Origin: Verrucomicrobiota bacterium
Lineage (GTDB): Bacteria; Verrucomicrobiota; Verrucomicrobiia; Limisphaerales; JBEHZA01
Direction of reading: 5' to 3'
Assembly (NCBI GenBank): GCA_048497895.1
Contig: JBEHZA010000001.1
Span: 3,312 to 67,311 of the forward strand
DNA length: 64,000 bases
Part shown: positions 48,347 to 58,580 of the stretch, piece by piece
Layout of the letters: every line of letters begins with the position of its first letter
Position numbering within the stretch: the stretch's first letter is position 1
Program-made: the position numbers and the translations under genes
Notes under the pieces: model-generated
Database searches by the model: none
Seen by the model: only the letters and a program-made list of their open reading frames with translations
Told to the model about the DNA's origin: nothing

Positions 48347-49537
48347 ATGAGATTCCTGTTTAAAAGTATTGTTCTGACATTGGCGCTCCTCCCAGGTGTT
48401 GCTCTCACTCATTCTGCCTCTGCTGCCGAATCTTTCGATCTGGCAGAAGCCACCAAACATTCGCTCGTCGCCATGGGTGATACCGCCCGCTTGCAACATG
48501 CCCTGGCCAAAGCCCGCCGCGGCGAGAAAGTCACCGTTGCCGTCATCGGCGGCTCCATCACTCAAGGGGCTAAGGCGACCAAACCCGACAATCGTTACGG
48601 CAATGTCATCGCCGCGTGGTGGAAGCAAACCTTCCCGAAAGCCACCATCGCCTTTGTGAATGCCGGCATCGGCGCTACCGGTTCGGATTACGGTGCGCTA
48701 CGCGCGCAACGCGATTTACTCTCTCACCAACCCGATTTTATTGTCGCTGAATACGCCGTGAATGATGGCAATACGCAAGCCGCCGCCGAAACTTTGGAAG
48801 GTCTCGTCCGTCAGTCCCTGGGCCAGCCGAATCAACCCGCCGTGATGCTGCTGTTCATGATGCACGAGGGTGGCGGCAACGCTCAGGAATGGCATTCCAA
48901 AGTCGGCGCTCATTATCATCTCCCCATGGTCAGCTTCCGCGATGGTCTCTGGCCTGAAATCAAAGCCGACAAAATCAAGTGGGCTGATGTCGAAGCCGAT
49001 ACCGTCCACCCCAACGACGTCGGCCACGGTTACGCTGGCAAATTCGTCATCAGCCTGCTCACTCAAGTTCTGGCCACCCTGCCCGCTGACAATGCCTTGC
49101 CTGCCGTCCAGCCCATCGCCTCACCGCTCTTCCATGATTCCTTCGAGCACACCGCCCTCCTCGAAGCGTCCGATCTCAAGCCTGTTAAAAACAACGGCTG
49201 GGAACTCGATCCCAAAACCGCCTCCTGGCATAGTGAAAAGCCCGGCAGCGTCGTCGAATTTGAAGTCACCGGTAAGATTATTTTCCTGATGGACTTCCAC
49301 ATCCGCAAACCGATGGGCAAAGCCAAAATCCAAGTGGATGACGCTCCCCCCATTATCCGTGACGGCTGGTTTGATCAAACCTGGGGCGGTTATCGTGCCA
49401 CCACGATTATTGCTCACGACTTGAAGCCCGGCCCGCATCATGTCCGCGTGGAATTACTCGCAGAAAAGAATCCGCAAAGCGAAGGCCACGAATTTCGCAT
49501 CATGGGCCTCGGCACAGCAGGAGTGACCACCAGGTAA
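48347..49537 (+). CDS. Secreted SGNH/GDSL hydrolase with a C-terminal extra domain
   Basis: Signal peptide from the ATG at 48347, block I VAVIGGSITQG and block V DTVHPND. Confidence 0.7.
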   Translation: MRFLFKSIVLTLALLPGVALTHSASAAESFDLAEATKHSLVAMGDTARLQHALAKARRGEKVTVAVIGGSITQGAKATKPDNRYGNVIAAWWKQTFPKATIAFVNAGIGATGSDYGALRAQRDLLSHQPDFIVAEYAVNDGNTQAAAETLEGLVRQSLGQPNQPAVMLLFMMHEGGGNAQEWHSKVGAHYHLPMVSFRDGLWPEIKADKIKWADVEADTVHPNDVGHGYAGKFVISLLTQVLATLPADNALPAVQPIASPLFHDSFEHTALLEASDLKPVKNNGWELDPKTASWHSEKPGSVVEFEVTGKIIFLMDFHIRKPMGKAKIQVDDAPPIIRDGWFDQTWGGYRATTIIAHDLKPGPHHVRVELLAEKNPQSEGHEFRIMGLGTAGVTTR

Positions 49538-49607
49538 TCGTCGCTGGCAATTTTTCACCGGCTGAGAGCCTCTTTTCAAAGCGCCGTGCCCATGCTAGGA
49601 TTCCCCT

Positions 49608-50717
49608 ATGCGTTGGCTGACGCTGTTACTGTTTCTCGCTCACGGTTCCGTTGCCTGGTCGCAAGCGATTGCTCCACCTCTGCCGCCTAAAGAGGGCCCC
49701 GGCAGTGGTCAGGTTGCTCACTCCGCAGTAATCAAGCACCGGTACGGTGAAGGCACGCTCGAATATTGGATCTACGAACCCGATTCGCCCCGGCCCAAAT
49801 CCGCTCCCGTCATCGCCTTCCTCCACGGCTGGGGTGGCACGAATCCCTCCATCTACGGCGCGTGGATCGAGCATCTCGTCAAACGCGGCAATATCGTCAT
49901 TTATCCACGTTACCAGACGGACAATCGCACCCCGCTCGACGAATTTACCCCCAACACCATCAAATCCCTCCAGCAGGCGTTCGAAAAGCTGAAATCCGAA
50001 CCCGGCCACGTATTGCCGGAACTGGATAAATTCGCCGTCGTCGGCCATTCTGTCGGCGGTCTGCTCACTGCCAATGTCGCCGCGTTGGCTAAATCATCCG
50101 GTCTGCCACCCGCCCGAGCGCTCATGTCCGTGCAGCCCGGCCGCACGTGGAATCCGTTGCCCCAGTTCAGCGTGCCACTGGAAGATTGTTCAAAAATCCC
50201 CGCCGAATCCCTGCTGCTCACGGTCGTTGGCGATGACGATCCCCTTGCTCGCGACATTGATGCGAAAAAGATTTTTCACGAATCCACCCGCGTTCCGCTC
50301 GTCAATAAGAACTATGTCACCCTCGTCTCCGATGACCACGGCAAGCCCGCCTTAAAAGCCAATCATTTCGCCCCGACTGCGCCCGGATTGCTATTCGATA
50401 ATGGCGAGCACAGCGGCACGAACCATATGGAGAGCGGTGGTCTCTTGCGTGAGCGCATCCGCGAACGCATGGAAGAACGCAAACAGGCAAAAAGTGAAAC
50501 CAACGAACCGTTTGCCAATCTCTCCGGCGGAACCGGCTTCAACGTCAACGCGCTCGATTATTACGGACTTTGGAAATTGTTTGACGGCCTCTGCGATGCC
50601 GCGTTCTACGGAAAGAATCGTGAATTCGCGCTCGGCAATACCCCGCAGCAAAGATTCATGGGCAAATGGAGCGACGGTACGCCCGTCAAAGAATTAAAGA
50701 TTACCACCGATCCGTAA
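49608..50717 (+). CDS. Secreted alpha/beta hydrolase
   Basis: Signal peptide, nucleophile elbow GHSVGG, and an upstream FLHGWGG oxyanion-type block. Confidence 0.65.
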   Translation: MRWLTLLLFLAHGSVAWSQAIAPPLPPKEGPGSGQVAHSAVIKHRYGEGTLEYWIYEPDSPRPKSAPVIAFLHGWGGTNPSIYGAWIEHLVKRGNIVIYPRYQTDNRTPLDEFTPNTIKSLQQAFEKLKSEPGHVLPELDKFAVVGHSVGGLLTANVAALAKSSGLPPARALMSVQPGRTWNPLPQFSVPLEDCSKIPAESLLLTVVGDDDPLARDIDAKKIFHESTRVPLVNKNYVTLVSDDHGKPALKANHFAPTAPGLLFDNGEHSGTNHMESGGLLRERIRERMEERKQAKSETNEPFANLSGGTGFNVNALDYYGLWKLFDGLCDAAFYGKNREFALGNTPQQRFMGKWSDGTPVKELKITTDP

Positions 50718-50744
50718 CCTCGTTCTCCGGATTCAGCCCGCCTT

Positions 50745-51797
50745 TCACGCCACAGTAATTGCCGCATCCAGATACACGTCCTGAATTAGATTCAGCAGTT
50801 TCACGCCCTCCTTCATCGGACGTTGAAACGCTTTGCGTCCGGAGATCAATCCCGTACCACCCGCGCGTTTATTGATCACTGCCGTCTTCACGGCGTCCGC
50901 AAAATCATCCTTGCCGGAAGCGCCGCCTGAATTGATCAAACCCGCCCGCCCCATGTAGCAATTCACCACCTGATACCGCGTCAGATCAATCGGATGATCC
51001 GTCGTCAGCTTGCTGTACACCAGCGGATGCGTCTTGCCAAAATGTTCCAGTGCCAGATAACCACCGTTATTGGTCGGCTGCTTTTGCTTGATGATGTCCG
51101 CCTCAATCGTTACGCCCAGATGATTCGCCTGTCCGGTCAAATCCGCGCTCGTATGATAATCCTTATCTTTATTAAATGCGTTATTGCGCAAGTAGCACCA
51201 CAAAACTGTCGCCATCCCCAGTTCATGCGCCCGCTTGAAAGCAATGGATGTCTCCTGAATCTGCCGGTGCGATTCCTCTGAGCCAAAATAAATCGTCGCT
51301 CCCACCGCGACGGCCCCCATATTCCACGCCTGCTCGACTTGTGCGAAATAAATCTGATCGAATGAATTGGGATACGTCAGCAATTCGTTGTGGTTCAGTT
51401 TCACCAGAAACGGAATCTTGTGCGCGTATTTGCGCGACACCGCGCCCAGCACACCCAGCGTGGACGCCACGGCATTGCAACCACCTTCGATCGCCAGCTT
51501 CACAATATTTTCCGGATCAAAATACTCCGGGTTGGGCGCAAAACTCGCTCCCGCAGAATGCTCAATCCCTTGATCCACCGGCAGAATGGACACGTAGCCC
51601 GTTCCCGCCAGGCGGCCATGTTTGAAAATATCCGCCAGACTCCTCAACACGGCATTCGACCGGTCGGATTGCGTGTAAACGCGATCCACGAAATCGGGTC
51701 CGGGAAGATATAACCTGTCTTTGGTAATCGTCTGACATTGATGTTCCAACAGGCTTTTCGCACTGTTGCCCAGCAATTGCTCAAGCTCCTGATTCAT
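50745..51797 (-). CDS. fbaB: Class I fructose-bisphosphate aldolase (FbaB/DhnA type)
   Basis: Near-colinear similarity to E. coli FbaB as recalled: [83 protein letters not shown] and [12 protein letters not shown] at 51797. Confidence 0.9.
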   Translation of the reverse strand: MNQELEQLLGNSAKSLLEHQCQTITKDRLYLPGPDFVDRVYTQSDRSNAVLRSLADIFKHGRLAGTGYVSILPVDQGIEHSAGASFAPNPEYFDPENIVKLAIEGGCNAVASTLGVLGAVSRKYAHKIPFLVKLNHNELLTYPNSFDQIYFAQVEQAWNMGAVAVGATIYFGSEESHRQIQETSIAFKRAHELGMATVLWCYLRNNAFNKDKDYHTSADLTGQANHLGVTIEADIIKQKQPTNNGGYLALEHFGKTHPLVYSKLTTDHPIDLTRYQVVNCYMGRAGLINSGGASGKDDFADAVKTAVINKRAGGTGLISGRKAFQRPMKEGVKLLNLIQDVYLDAAITVA

Positions 51798-51856
51798 AGA
51801 TTTATCCTGCAAGATGGCCGATATTTCGCCGAACGCAAGCGCGCAACCGTTACGAT

Positions 51857-52318
51857 TCAAGGTCCATTAACGGCGCGGCCCGCAACCTGAGTTTGCCCCC
51901 CATTTAAACCCGGCAGACTCGCCGCCGCATTTTTACCCCGGATAAACTTGTGACAACTCACACAGCTCACCGTCATTTGAAAATAAGCGCCCGTGGCAGC
52001 ATCCAGATTCTTTTGCTTCGCCGCGCGTTCCAGAGATTCAGCCTGCCGGCGGAATTCGTTCATCAAAAGATCGTATTCCGGTGTCTGCCGGGAATACCAG
52101 CCGCCCGCCTGGCTTAACTTTTTCAGCTTTTGCGAATTCTGCAGGATCAGGTCGTAATCCTCCATCGCAACCCCCTCGAGCACCTTCTGCGCATAGCCTA
52201 ACTTTAATTGCATCGCCTCTTTGATCGGATCAGCGGCGCGGGCGGAACTTGGATGGAATGTCAACATGGCCAATGCCGTGAGAATGCTCAGGGCAGAGGA
52301 AAATAATTTCGCTTTCAT
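51857..52318 (-). CDS. Secreted four-helix-bundle c-type cytochrome (cytochrome c'/class II-like)
   Basis: The ATG at 52318 gives a signal peptide ([19 protein letters not shown]...ARA). The protein is helical with a single CxxCH (CVSCHK) near the C-terminus, which is the class II arrangement. Confidence 0.5.
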   Translation of the reverse strand: MKAKLFSSALSILTALAMLTFHPSSARAADPIKEAMQLKLGYAQKVLEGVAMEDYDLILQNSQKLKKLSQAGGWYSRQTPEYDLLMNEFRRQAESLERAAKQKNLDAATGAYFQMTVSCVSCHKFIRGKNAAASLPGLNGGQTQVAGRAVNGP

Positions 52319-52397
52319 ATTTGGCCTTTCACGATGGGCAGCGCCGCCTTCGCCCTTTTCCCCTCTAACCCGGCGCGCGCTGCCATTCTGCGGTGCT

Positions 52398-52682
52398 CTA
52401 GACCGCAAATCCAAACCGGAACTTCTCTTCTTCCGGCGTCAACTTGAGCGAGGCACACAAATGCTTCGCCGCCAGTAAACCCGCGGCAGTCTTGACCAGT
52501 TTATCGAAGTCATGACGGGATAAAGCGACTCCTTCATGCTTGATCTGGTCAATCCGCACGCCGCGTTCGAGCAGTTCCACCAGAAACTCCTGACAGGCAA
52601 TCGGATCATCCGTCTGATAATTGCCGCTCTGGGAGTGCTTGCGGAAATCCATGCTGTAATCGATGTGATATTTTGCAATCAT
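52398..52682 (-). CDS. Hypothetical protein (94 aa)
   Basis: ORF starting 15 nt downstream of the preceding small ORF on the same strand. No motif recognised. Confidence 0.4.
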   Translation of the reverse strand: MIAKYHIDYSMDFRKHSQSGNYQTDDPIACQEFLVELLERGVRIDQIKHEGVALSRHDFDKLVKTAAGLLAAKHLCASLKLTPEEEKFRFGFAV

Positions 52683-52697
52683 AGGGATGTTTTGATT

Positions 52698-53009
52698 TTA
52701 AGGTTGTGCCAGACACGACTGTGTCTGACGGATTTTACGGACCCAACTTTGGAAAATGTCTTTCGCCAGCGGCATTACCTCTTCCCAGGCGACGGTTTCA
52801 CGAACGATCTCGTCGGCGGGCAGCCAATCGGCATGCCAATGTTCCCGTGTCCTTTGCGGGTCGATTGGCCGCAAATAGGCGCGCAACTCGACTTCCATCC
52901 GGGAATTCACCTCATCGAATTGAGCCACCGCACTCGCGCAAACATCTGACTCACCACGTTCAGTCGCCATTTCCGCCACAATCTCAGTGATGGTAATGAT
53001 CTTTTTCAT
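52698..53009 (-). CDS. Hypothetical protein (103 aa, acidic)
   Basis: ORF with an ATG start. No motif recognised. Confidence 0.4.
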   Translation of the reverse strand: MKKIITITEIVAEMATERGESDVCASAVAQFDEVNSRMEVELRAYLRPIDPQRTREHWHADWLPADEIVRETVAWEEVMPLAKDIFQSWVRKIRQTQSCLAQP

Positions 53010-53126
53010 TGGTAATTAGACTATCGGTGAGGCCACTGAAAACCGCTCTCCCTGGATTGTTAAAGGGCTAACAATTTTTGCAATGAATCCAAGCAGCCAC
53101 TCCTTTCCCATCCGTCCCGCATGCGG

Positions 53127-53146
53127 TATCTGTGTGAATCCGTGGT
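53127..53146. repeat. 20-nt repeat tatctgtgtgaatccgtggt, copy 2
   Basis: Identical to 37111..37130. It lies about 55 nt downstream of the radical SAM stop codon on the minus strand. Confidence 0.85.
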
Positions 53147-53198
53147 TGGAACAATTTCACGCGATTCACAATTCAACCCTTTTAAAACTTCGGATCAC

Positions 53199-54155
53199 TT
53201 AGAAAACTTCCACCTTTAACCCCGTGCTCTGACGCACCGTTTGAGCAATCAACGAAAGAGTCTTCAACGGCAGATGGCTGCACTCGGAATGCGGCGTCGG
53301 ACGCGTGGCCGAATAAATCTGCACGAGTGAAATTTGCGTCCCTTGATTTTTTAATTCCAGGAGCCGGTGGGCAAACTGTTCCACTTCCTCGCGCGCGGGC
53401 GCGTGTCCGTACAGGCTGGGAAAAAGGCTTTGAATCACCACCGGTCGTTGACGGCCAAACTCCCGGATGTTTTCCAGAATCCGGGTCAGCGGCACTTGCG
53501 CTTTGTTGACTTTGTCCATGTAGGACTGCGTTCCGGCCTCCAGCTTGGCCCACACCTCATCCCGCTGCGTAAAATAGGAAAGCGCCTCCTTCACCTCCGG
53601 ACGGTCTAAACCCGATGCGTTGGTGATCAGCACCAGTTTAAAGAAAGGCACCTTGCCTTTGGCGCGGATATGCACCACCGCTTCGACCGCTTCAAAAAAA
53701 TTCGGACACAAGGTTGGTTCCCCATCGCCGCTGAGCGTCACATGCTTGAGGCGCAGCAGTTCTTCCGTCATCGCGGTGTAATTGGGCCGATTGCGCAATC
53801 CCCCCGCCTGGATCATCGCCAGCGTCCGCTCCAGTTCTTCCGCCATCACGTTGACGTCCAGCACGGTGTCACGCGGCGGCACAACGCGGTTCACCTCACA
53901 ATAACCGCAATCGAAATTGCACACCTTGTCCGGGTTCATATTCACCCCCACAGATAACCCGCGCGCCCGGGGTGAAATCACCGCGTAAACAAAACGATTG
54001 TCAAAAAAATCCCGTGGGCAGCCGAAAGCGGTGCTTCGCGCCGTGGAACCGGGCGTTTTTTTGCTGGCGGGCAGGCTTTCAACACTGGCCATATGTTTTA
54101 AAGGAATGGGGGATAATATGGCCGGGTTTTCAGCCCGTAATGAATTCATGCTCAT
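53199..54155 (-). CDS. Radical SAM protein (function unassigned)
   Basis: CNFDCGYC (CxxxCxxC) and the VTLSGDGEPTL block. The start is ambiguous (54155, 54149 or 54092), and the longest choice overlaps the USP gene by 26 nt. Confidence 0.75.
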   Translation of the reverse strand: MSMNSLRAENPAILSPIPLKHMASVESLPASKKTPGSTARSTAFGCPRDFFDNRFVYAVISPRARGLSVGVNMNPDKVCNFDCGYCEVNRVVPPRDTVLDVNVMAEELERTLAMIQAGGLRNRPNYTAMTEELLRLKHVTLSGDGEPTLCPNFFEAVEAVVHIRAKGKVPFFKLVLITNASGLDRPEVKEALSYFTQRDEVWAKLEAGTQSYMDKVNKAQVPLTRILENIREFGRQRPVVIQSLFPSLYGHAPAREEVEQFAHRLLELKNQGTQISLVQIYSATRPTPHSECSHLPLKTLSLIAQTVRQSTGLKVEVF

Positions 54156-54630
54156 GTTCGCGAACGGTTAATACCGGACATGGCGCGTGCCGAACCACGT
54201 TTTCGGCCGTGCTGCCCAGAAATACATGCTTCAATCCTGTGTAACCATGCGTGGAAATAATGATCAAATCCACTTCCAGCTTGCGGGCCGTCGCGGCAAT
54301 TTCGGTGGGCGGATGGCCCGTCTTGACTAACGTGCCAAACGGCAGGGAACTTCCCACTTCCGCATTGGCCAGCGCCAGTATTTCCCGGGAACTGGCCTCC
54401 ACCATCTGCTGTTCAATCAGAGGAAAATCCAGAGCGGCAAATTCGGCCCCGGAATAACTCAACTGAACCACATGCAACAGGATCACTGTTGCGTCAAATT
54501 GCTTCGCAAAGGCCACGGCATAACGCAACGCCTTGCGTGAACAATCTGAAAAATCGATCGGAACCAGAATTTTCCGCAAACACAGTTCAGCGGCTGGAGG
54601 AACCGGATTGGCTGATGTCGTAGTGCTCAT
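54130..54630 (-). CDS. Universal stress protein (UspA family)
   Basis: ILVPIDFSDCS, ILLHV and GSTAENVVRHAPCPVL. ATG at 54630. Confidence 0.85.
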   Translation of the reverse strand: MSTTTSANPVPPAAELCLRKILVPIDFSDCSRKALRYAVAFAKQFDATVILLHVVQLSYSGAEFAALDFPLIEQQMVEASSREILALANAEVGSSLPFGTLVKTGHPPTEIAATARKLEVDLIIISTHGYTGLKHVFLGSTAENVVRHAPCPVLTVREHEHEFITG

Positions 54631-54750
54631 ATCTTCACCTGTCACTTAGCTAACTTTCTAAGTTAACGTAAATGTCACTCCCGCCGGGCACTACCCGGAC
54701 CTTGCCTTTAAGTAGACATATTTTGTGAAGACCAAACGGAGGGACGCGGA

Positions 54751-57072
54751 CTACCTGGTAATCCCGCGGACCAGCAGGAGACGCAAACTGTTTCCCACCA
54801 CCACCACGGTGCTGCCTTCATGTCCAACAACTCCTAATGTCAGTGGGATCAAGCCAAGGATGGCGAGGAAAACCAGCACCGCCACCGTTCCTAAAGAAAT
54901 CACCAGATTCTGCCGGATGACATTGCGGGCACGGGAACTAAGCTGGTAGGCCGTTAGAAAATTCTCCAGCCGGTCGTGCATCAAAACCACTTCTGCCTGT
55001 TCCAAAGCCGCGTCCGAACCCCGCGCGCCCATCGCCACCCCCACGTGTGCGACCGCCAGGCTGGGAGCATCGTTAACCCCGTCCCCGATCATCGCCACTT
55101 TGTTTCCCTCTTTACTCAACGCTACGATCGCCGCCACTTTCTGTTCCGGTTTTAATTCCGGCCGGACATCGTCCAGTTCCAATGTCCGCCCCAGTTTTTC
55201 CGCCGCTGCTCGATGATCCCCCGTCAACACCACGGTCTTCAGCCCGGATTCCCGCAATTGCCGGATCACATCGCGCGCTTGCGGCCGGATATCGTCCCGC
55301 AAGAGAATGCGCCCGACCAGTTCCCCTTTGCTCACCCACACCTCGGATAATCCGGCTTCGGTCAAGGGCACTTCAGAAAAAACCGGGCGCGCAACGGCTT
55401 CGGCCAGCCATTCCCGCCGCCCAAGCAGCACCGTGCCAGCGCCAAAACGGGCGCGCAATCCCATCCCCGTGATGGATTCAAACTGCTCCAGTTCCAATTC
55501 CCGCAACTGTTGCTGTTTGCCGTAACGCGTGATCGCCCGCGCCAGTGGATGCGTGGACAACCGTTCCAGAGAATAAGCTAGTTGCGCCACTTCCTGTTCC
55601 CGTCCCGGCGGAAAACTCTCCACCCGGTCCACTGATAATTCACCGGTGGTCAACGTGCCGGTTTTATCCATGGCCACCACCGTCACCTCGTTCAATTTCT
55701 CCACGGCTGCGCCGCCGCGAAATAAAATCCCGCGTTTGGCTCCCCAGGCAATGGCGGCCAGAATGGCGGAAGGAATTGATAACACCAGCGCGCAGGGCGA
55801 AGCCACCACCAGCAGAGTCATGGCCCGGTAAAATGCGCTCTTGCTCTCCGGAGTAGAGACAAATGGCGCCCGGCCAAACCCCAGCCACCAGACAAAAAAC
55901 ATCACCAGCGAAAGCGACAGAATGCCGTAGGTATAGCGTGTTCCAAATTTATCAGTGAACCGTTGCGACGGCGCTTTGAGGTGCTGCGCTTCCCGGATCA
56001 GATGAATGATCTTTTGCAGCGCACTTTGGCTCGCAGGCCGCAATACCTTCAAATCGACCACGCCCCACAAATTGAGCGTACCCGCCATAACGTTGTCCCC
56101 GGTGGTTTTGTCCACCGGCGTTGCTTCTCCCGTCAGGTTTGCTTCATCGGCGGCCGTTTTTCCTTTGATGATCTCCGCATCCACCGGAAACAACTCCCCG
56201 GGCTTAACCCGCAAATTCATGCCCGCTTCCAACTGCTCCACTGGCAGCGTCTGTTCCTGCCCAGAACTGTCTAAAACAATGGCGGTTTTCGGAGCCGTCT
56301 TGAACAACGAACGGATTTCCCGCTGGGTACGCCCCATCGCGTAATGTTCCAGGGCTCCGGACAATGAGAAAAGAAACAGCAAAGTCGCCCCTTCCGCCCA
56401 CGCACCAATACTCGCACTGCCCACTGCCACCGCCAGCATCAGGAAATGCACATCCAGCACTTTTTCCTGAAGCCCCTCCCAAACTTCTTCCGCCGTAAAC
56501 CAGCCGCCCGCCAGATAAGCGGCCAGATAAAGAACAGTCACCACCGGACCATGGCTCAGGAAATACGCCATCAATCCAAACAGCCCACAAAGACCAGCCG
56601 CTACAAGTTGGAACTTCCACTCGTTCTCGTGCTCCTCCCCTTCCTCGGGCAAAACCACTTTGCGCGGCACGAACCGCGGCAAAGCCATGTTATGCCAGCG
56701 CCAGAATTTCGGCGCCGTGGGACACGTCACCCGGGCTATCGTTGTAGTGGTGGCGTCATTGGAAACCGTGACCCGCTGTTGTTCTCGCTTCGCCGCTGGC
56801 TGCATGCAACCGGAACAATCCGCCGCGCCCTCCAACAGCGTGCAACGTTCAACCGCCGATCCCTCTTGCACTTGTTGAATCTTCTCCGTGAGCAACTGAT
56901 CCAGATCAGGTCTTAGGGGTTTGCCCAGTGTCGCCACGGAAATCGCCTGCGCCCGGTGGTCAATTTTCACCGCTTCCAGCGCTGGCTCATCCTTCATCAC
57001 CTCCTCCACCGTGCGAACCAGGCAATGCTCTTCCCGGGAAGTCGAAGTTTGTGGTGTCGATCTATTCGCCAT
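54751..57072 (-). CDS. P1B-type heavy-metal-translocating ATPase with an SPC transmembrane motif
   Basis: DKTGTLT, ASPCALVLS (SPC rather than CPC), GDGVNDAP and HEGSTVVVVGNSLRLL. The N-terminus has no GMxCxxC HMA motif but does carry CTLLEGAADCSGC. Confidence 0.85.
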   Translation of the reverse strand: MANRSTPQTSTSREEHCLVRTVEEVMKDEPALEAVKIDHRAQAISVATLGKPLRPDLDQLLTEKIQQVQEGSAVERCTLLEGAADCSGCMQPAAKREQQRVTVSNDATTTTIARVTCPTAPKFWRWHNMALPRFVPRKVVLPEEGEEHENEWKFQLVAAGLCGLFGLMAYFLSHGPVVTVLYLAAYLAGGWFTAEEVWEGLQEKVLDVHFLMLAVAVGSASIGAWAEGATLLFLFSLSGALEHYAMGRTQREIRSLFKTAPKTAIVLDSSGQEQTLPVEQLEAGMNLRVKPGELFPVDAEIIKGKTAADEANLTGEATPVDKTTGDNVMAGTLNLWGVVDLKVLRPASQSALQKIIHLIREAQHLKAPSQRFTDKFGTRYTYGILSLSLVMFFVWWLGFGRAPFVSTPESKSAFYRAMTLLVVASPCALVLSIPSAILAAIAWGAKRGILFRGGAAVEKLNEVTVVAMDKTGTLTTGELSVDRVESFPPGREQEVAQLAYSLERLSTHPLARAITRYGKQQQLRELELEQFESITGMGLRARFGAGTVLLGRREWLAEAVARPVFSEVPLTEAGLSEVWVSKGELVGRILLRDDIRPQARDVIRQLRESGLKTVVLTGDHRAAAEKLGRTLELDDVRPELKPEQKVAAIVALSKEGNKVAMIGDGVNDAPSLAVAHVGVAMGARGSDAALEQAEVVLMHDRLENFLTAYQLSSRARNVIRQNLVISLGTVAVLVFLAILGLIPLTLGVVGHEGSTVVVVGNSLRLLLVRGITR

Positions 57073-57212
57073 GAATCAATCCCTGCGATCAAACCATATC
57101 ACATTACCCCTTGCTCCTGCCAGTGAACATAAACGCATCTGGTTTTGCACGGCAGCTCAGCAAATCCCAAATGATCTGCCGCCTCGCAGCGCAAAACCCT
57201 CTCCGCAAATAA

Positions 57213-58580
57213 TCAGGGCGTTGTTCCCGACACCACTTTCTTCGTCTCCACCGTTTTTACGTAGTCGCGGAAATCCGGCTTGGTATCGAGCAGGATTTCA
57301 TAAATGGCGCGTTTGGACTCAGCCGTCAGGTTTTGAAAATCGGGCTGCTTATCTTCTCCCGTCAAAATCTCTTTCAATCGTAGATAAACCCGTTCCTTCA
57401 TCGGTTGCGGCAGACCATTGAAAGCATCCGAATAAATCAGGAAACTGCATGGATATTTAAACAGTCGTTTTTCCAAATCCAAATCGCGCAAAGACCGCCC
57501 CTGTTTATCTTTTGGCCCTTCCGCCAGAAAATCTTTCGCGAAACTGGAAACCCCTTTGATCGGACTCGTGATCGGCGCTTCTTCCACAAACAACAGATAT
57601 TTCAAAAACCCTTCGGTCACACTGTGCAGATAATTGATGTGCTTGTATTGCGCCAGATGAAGGCTGGTTTCAAAGTGCAGGCGCGTGATAAAATTGTGCA
57701 TGTGCGTCTCATGCTCCAGCACCATCAACGCCACAATATCACTCGCCGGTTCCAGGTATTTTCCGGTGTCGAAAAATTTGTTCAGGTTCGTAATATTGCC
57801 CTGGTAATTCGGGTCCTGCTCCTGCCGCGCCGCCGCCGCCTTGCCGATCAGATTGCCCCGGTGCAATTGATTCCCATGCGTTCCCGAGACATACCAGCCT
57901 CCCCAACGCTCCTCAATCGGCGTGCGATGATTCACTTGGGACGTGCCGCTGAGCATATCCGGATTGCCTTCTTCATCGGTCATGAAAGAGCGCATCAAAT
58001 GTCCCGGCACACCCATGGTCTTCGAGGAGGCATGACATTCCAGACATTGATCCGTGCGCACGAAACGCGGGCGGGCCGTTTCGCGTTGTTCCAAAGCATA
58101 GAATACCCCGCCGAGTTTGGGATCGACTCCGGATAATTCCATCAACGGCGCGCCGGGAATCCAGCCGATATAAACGTCGTCATTAAAATAAAGCGCGCGC
58201 GGATTTTCCGGTGAGATATGCTGCCGTTGCAACGAGGTCTTGGAAAACACCAGCATTTGCGAGGACGGTTTGACATTGAGTTCCTTCAACAACGCCGGAA
58301 GATAACCATACTTGGCGTCGAACTTAAGCTGCTTTTCCCCGCTATCAATCAGCCGTTGCAAACGCGCCAGCGGATCGTTCGCTTTGGTCTGGTTGTACGC
58401 AATCGTGTCTTCATCAAACGGCGCCATTTGCGTGGACCCTTGAAAATCCTGTGCCCGCACCGTGATTACGCATCCCGCCACCACCGCCAACGCGAGGACC
58501 GCGAAACGACTAGAAAATCTGCCGCTCTCTAAAATACCGGAAAAATTCATGTCCCGCTTAATGTTCATCCACTGTAACAT
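57213..58580 (-). CDS. Secreted hypothetical protein with a single CxxCH haem-binding motif
   Basis: N-terminal hydrophobic segment (AVLALAVVAGCVI) and TDQCLECHAS. Otherwise nothing recognised. Confidence 0.5.
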   Translation of the reverse strand: MLQWMNIKRDMNFSGILESGRFSSRFAVLALAVVAGCVITVRAQDFQGSTQMAPFDEDTIAYNQTKANDPLARLQRLIDSGEKQLKFDAKYGYLPALLKELNVKPSSQMLVFSKTSLQRQHISPENPRALYFNDDVYIGWIPGAPLMELSGVDPKLGGVFYALEQRETARPRFVRTDQCLECHASSKTMGVPGHLMRSFMTDEEGNPDMLSGTSQVNHRTPIEERWGGWYVSGTHGNQLHRGNLIGKAAAARQEQDPNYQGNITNLNKFFDTGKYLEPASDIVALMVLEHETHMHNFITRLHFETSLHLAQYKHINYLHSVTEGFLKYLLFVEEAPITSPIKGVSSFAKDFLAEGPKDKQGRSLRDLDLEKRLFKYPCSFLIYSDAFNGLPQPMKERVYLRLKEILTGEDKQPDFQNLTAESKRAIYEILLDTKPDFRDYVKTVETKKVVSGTTP

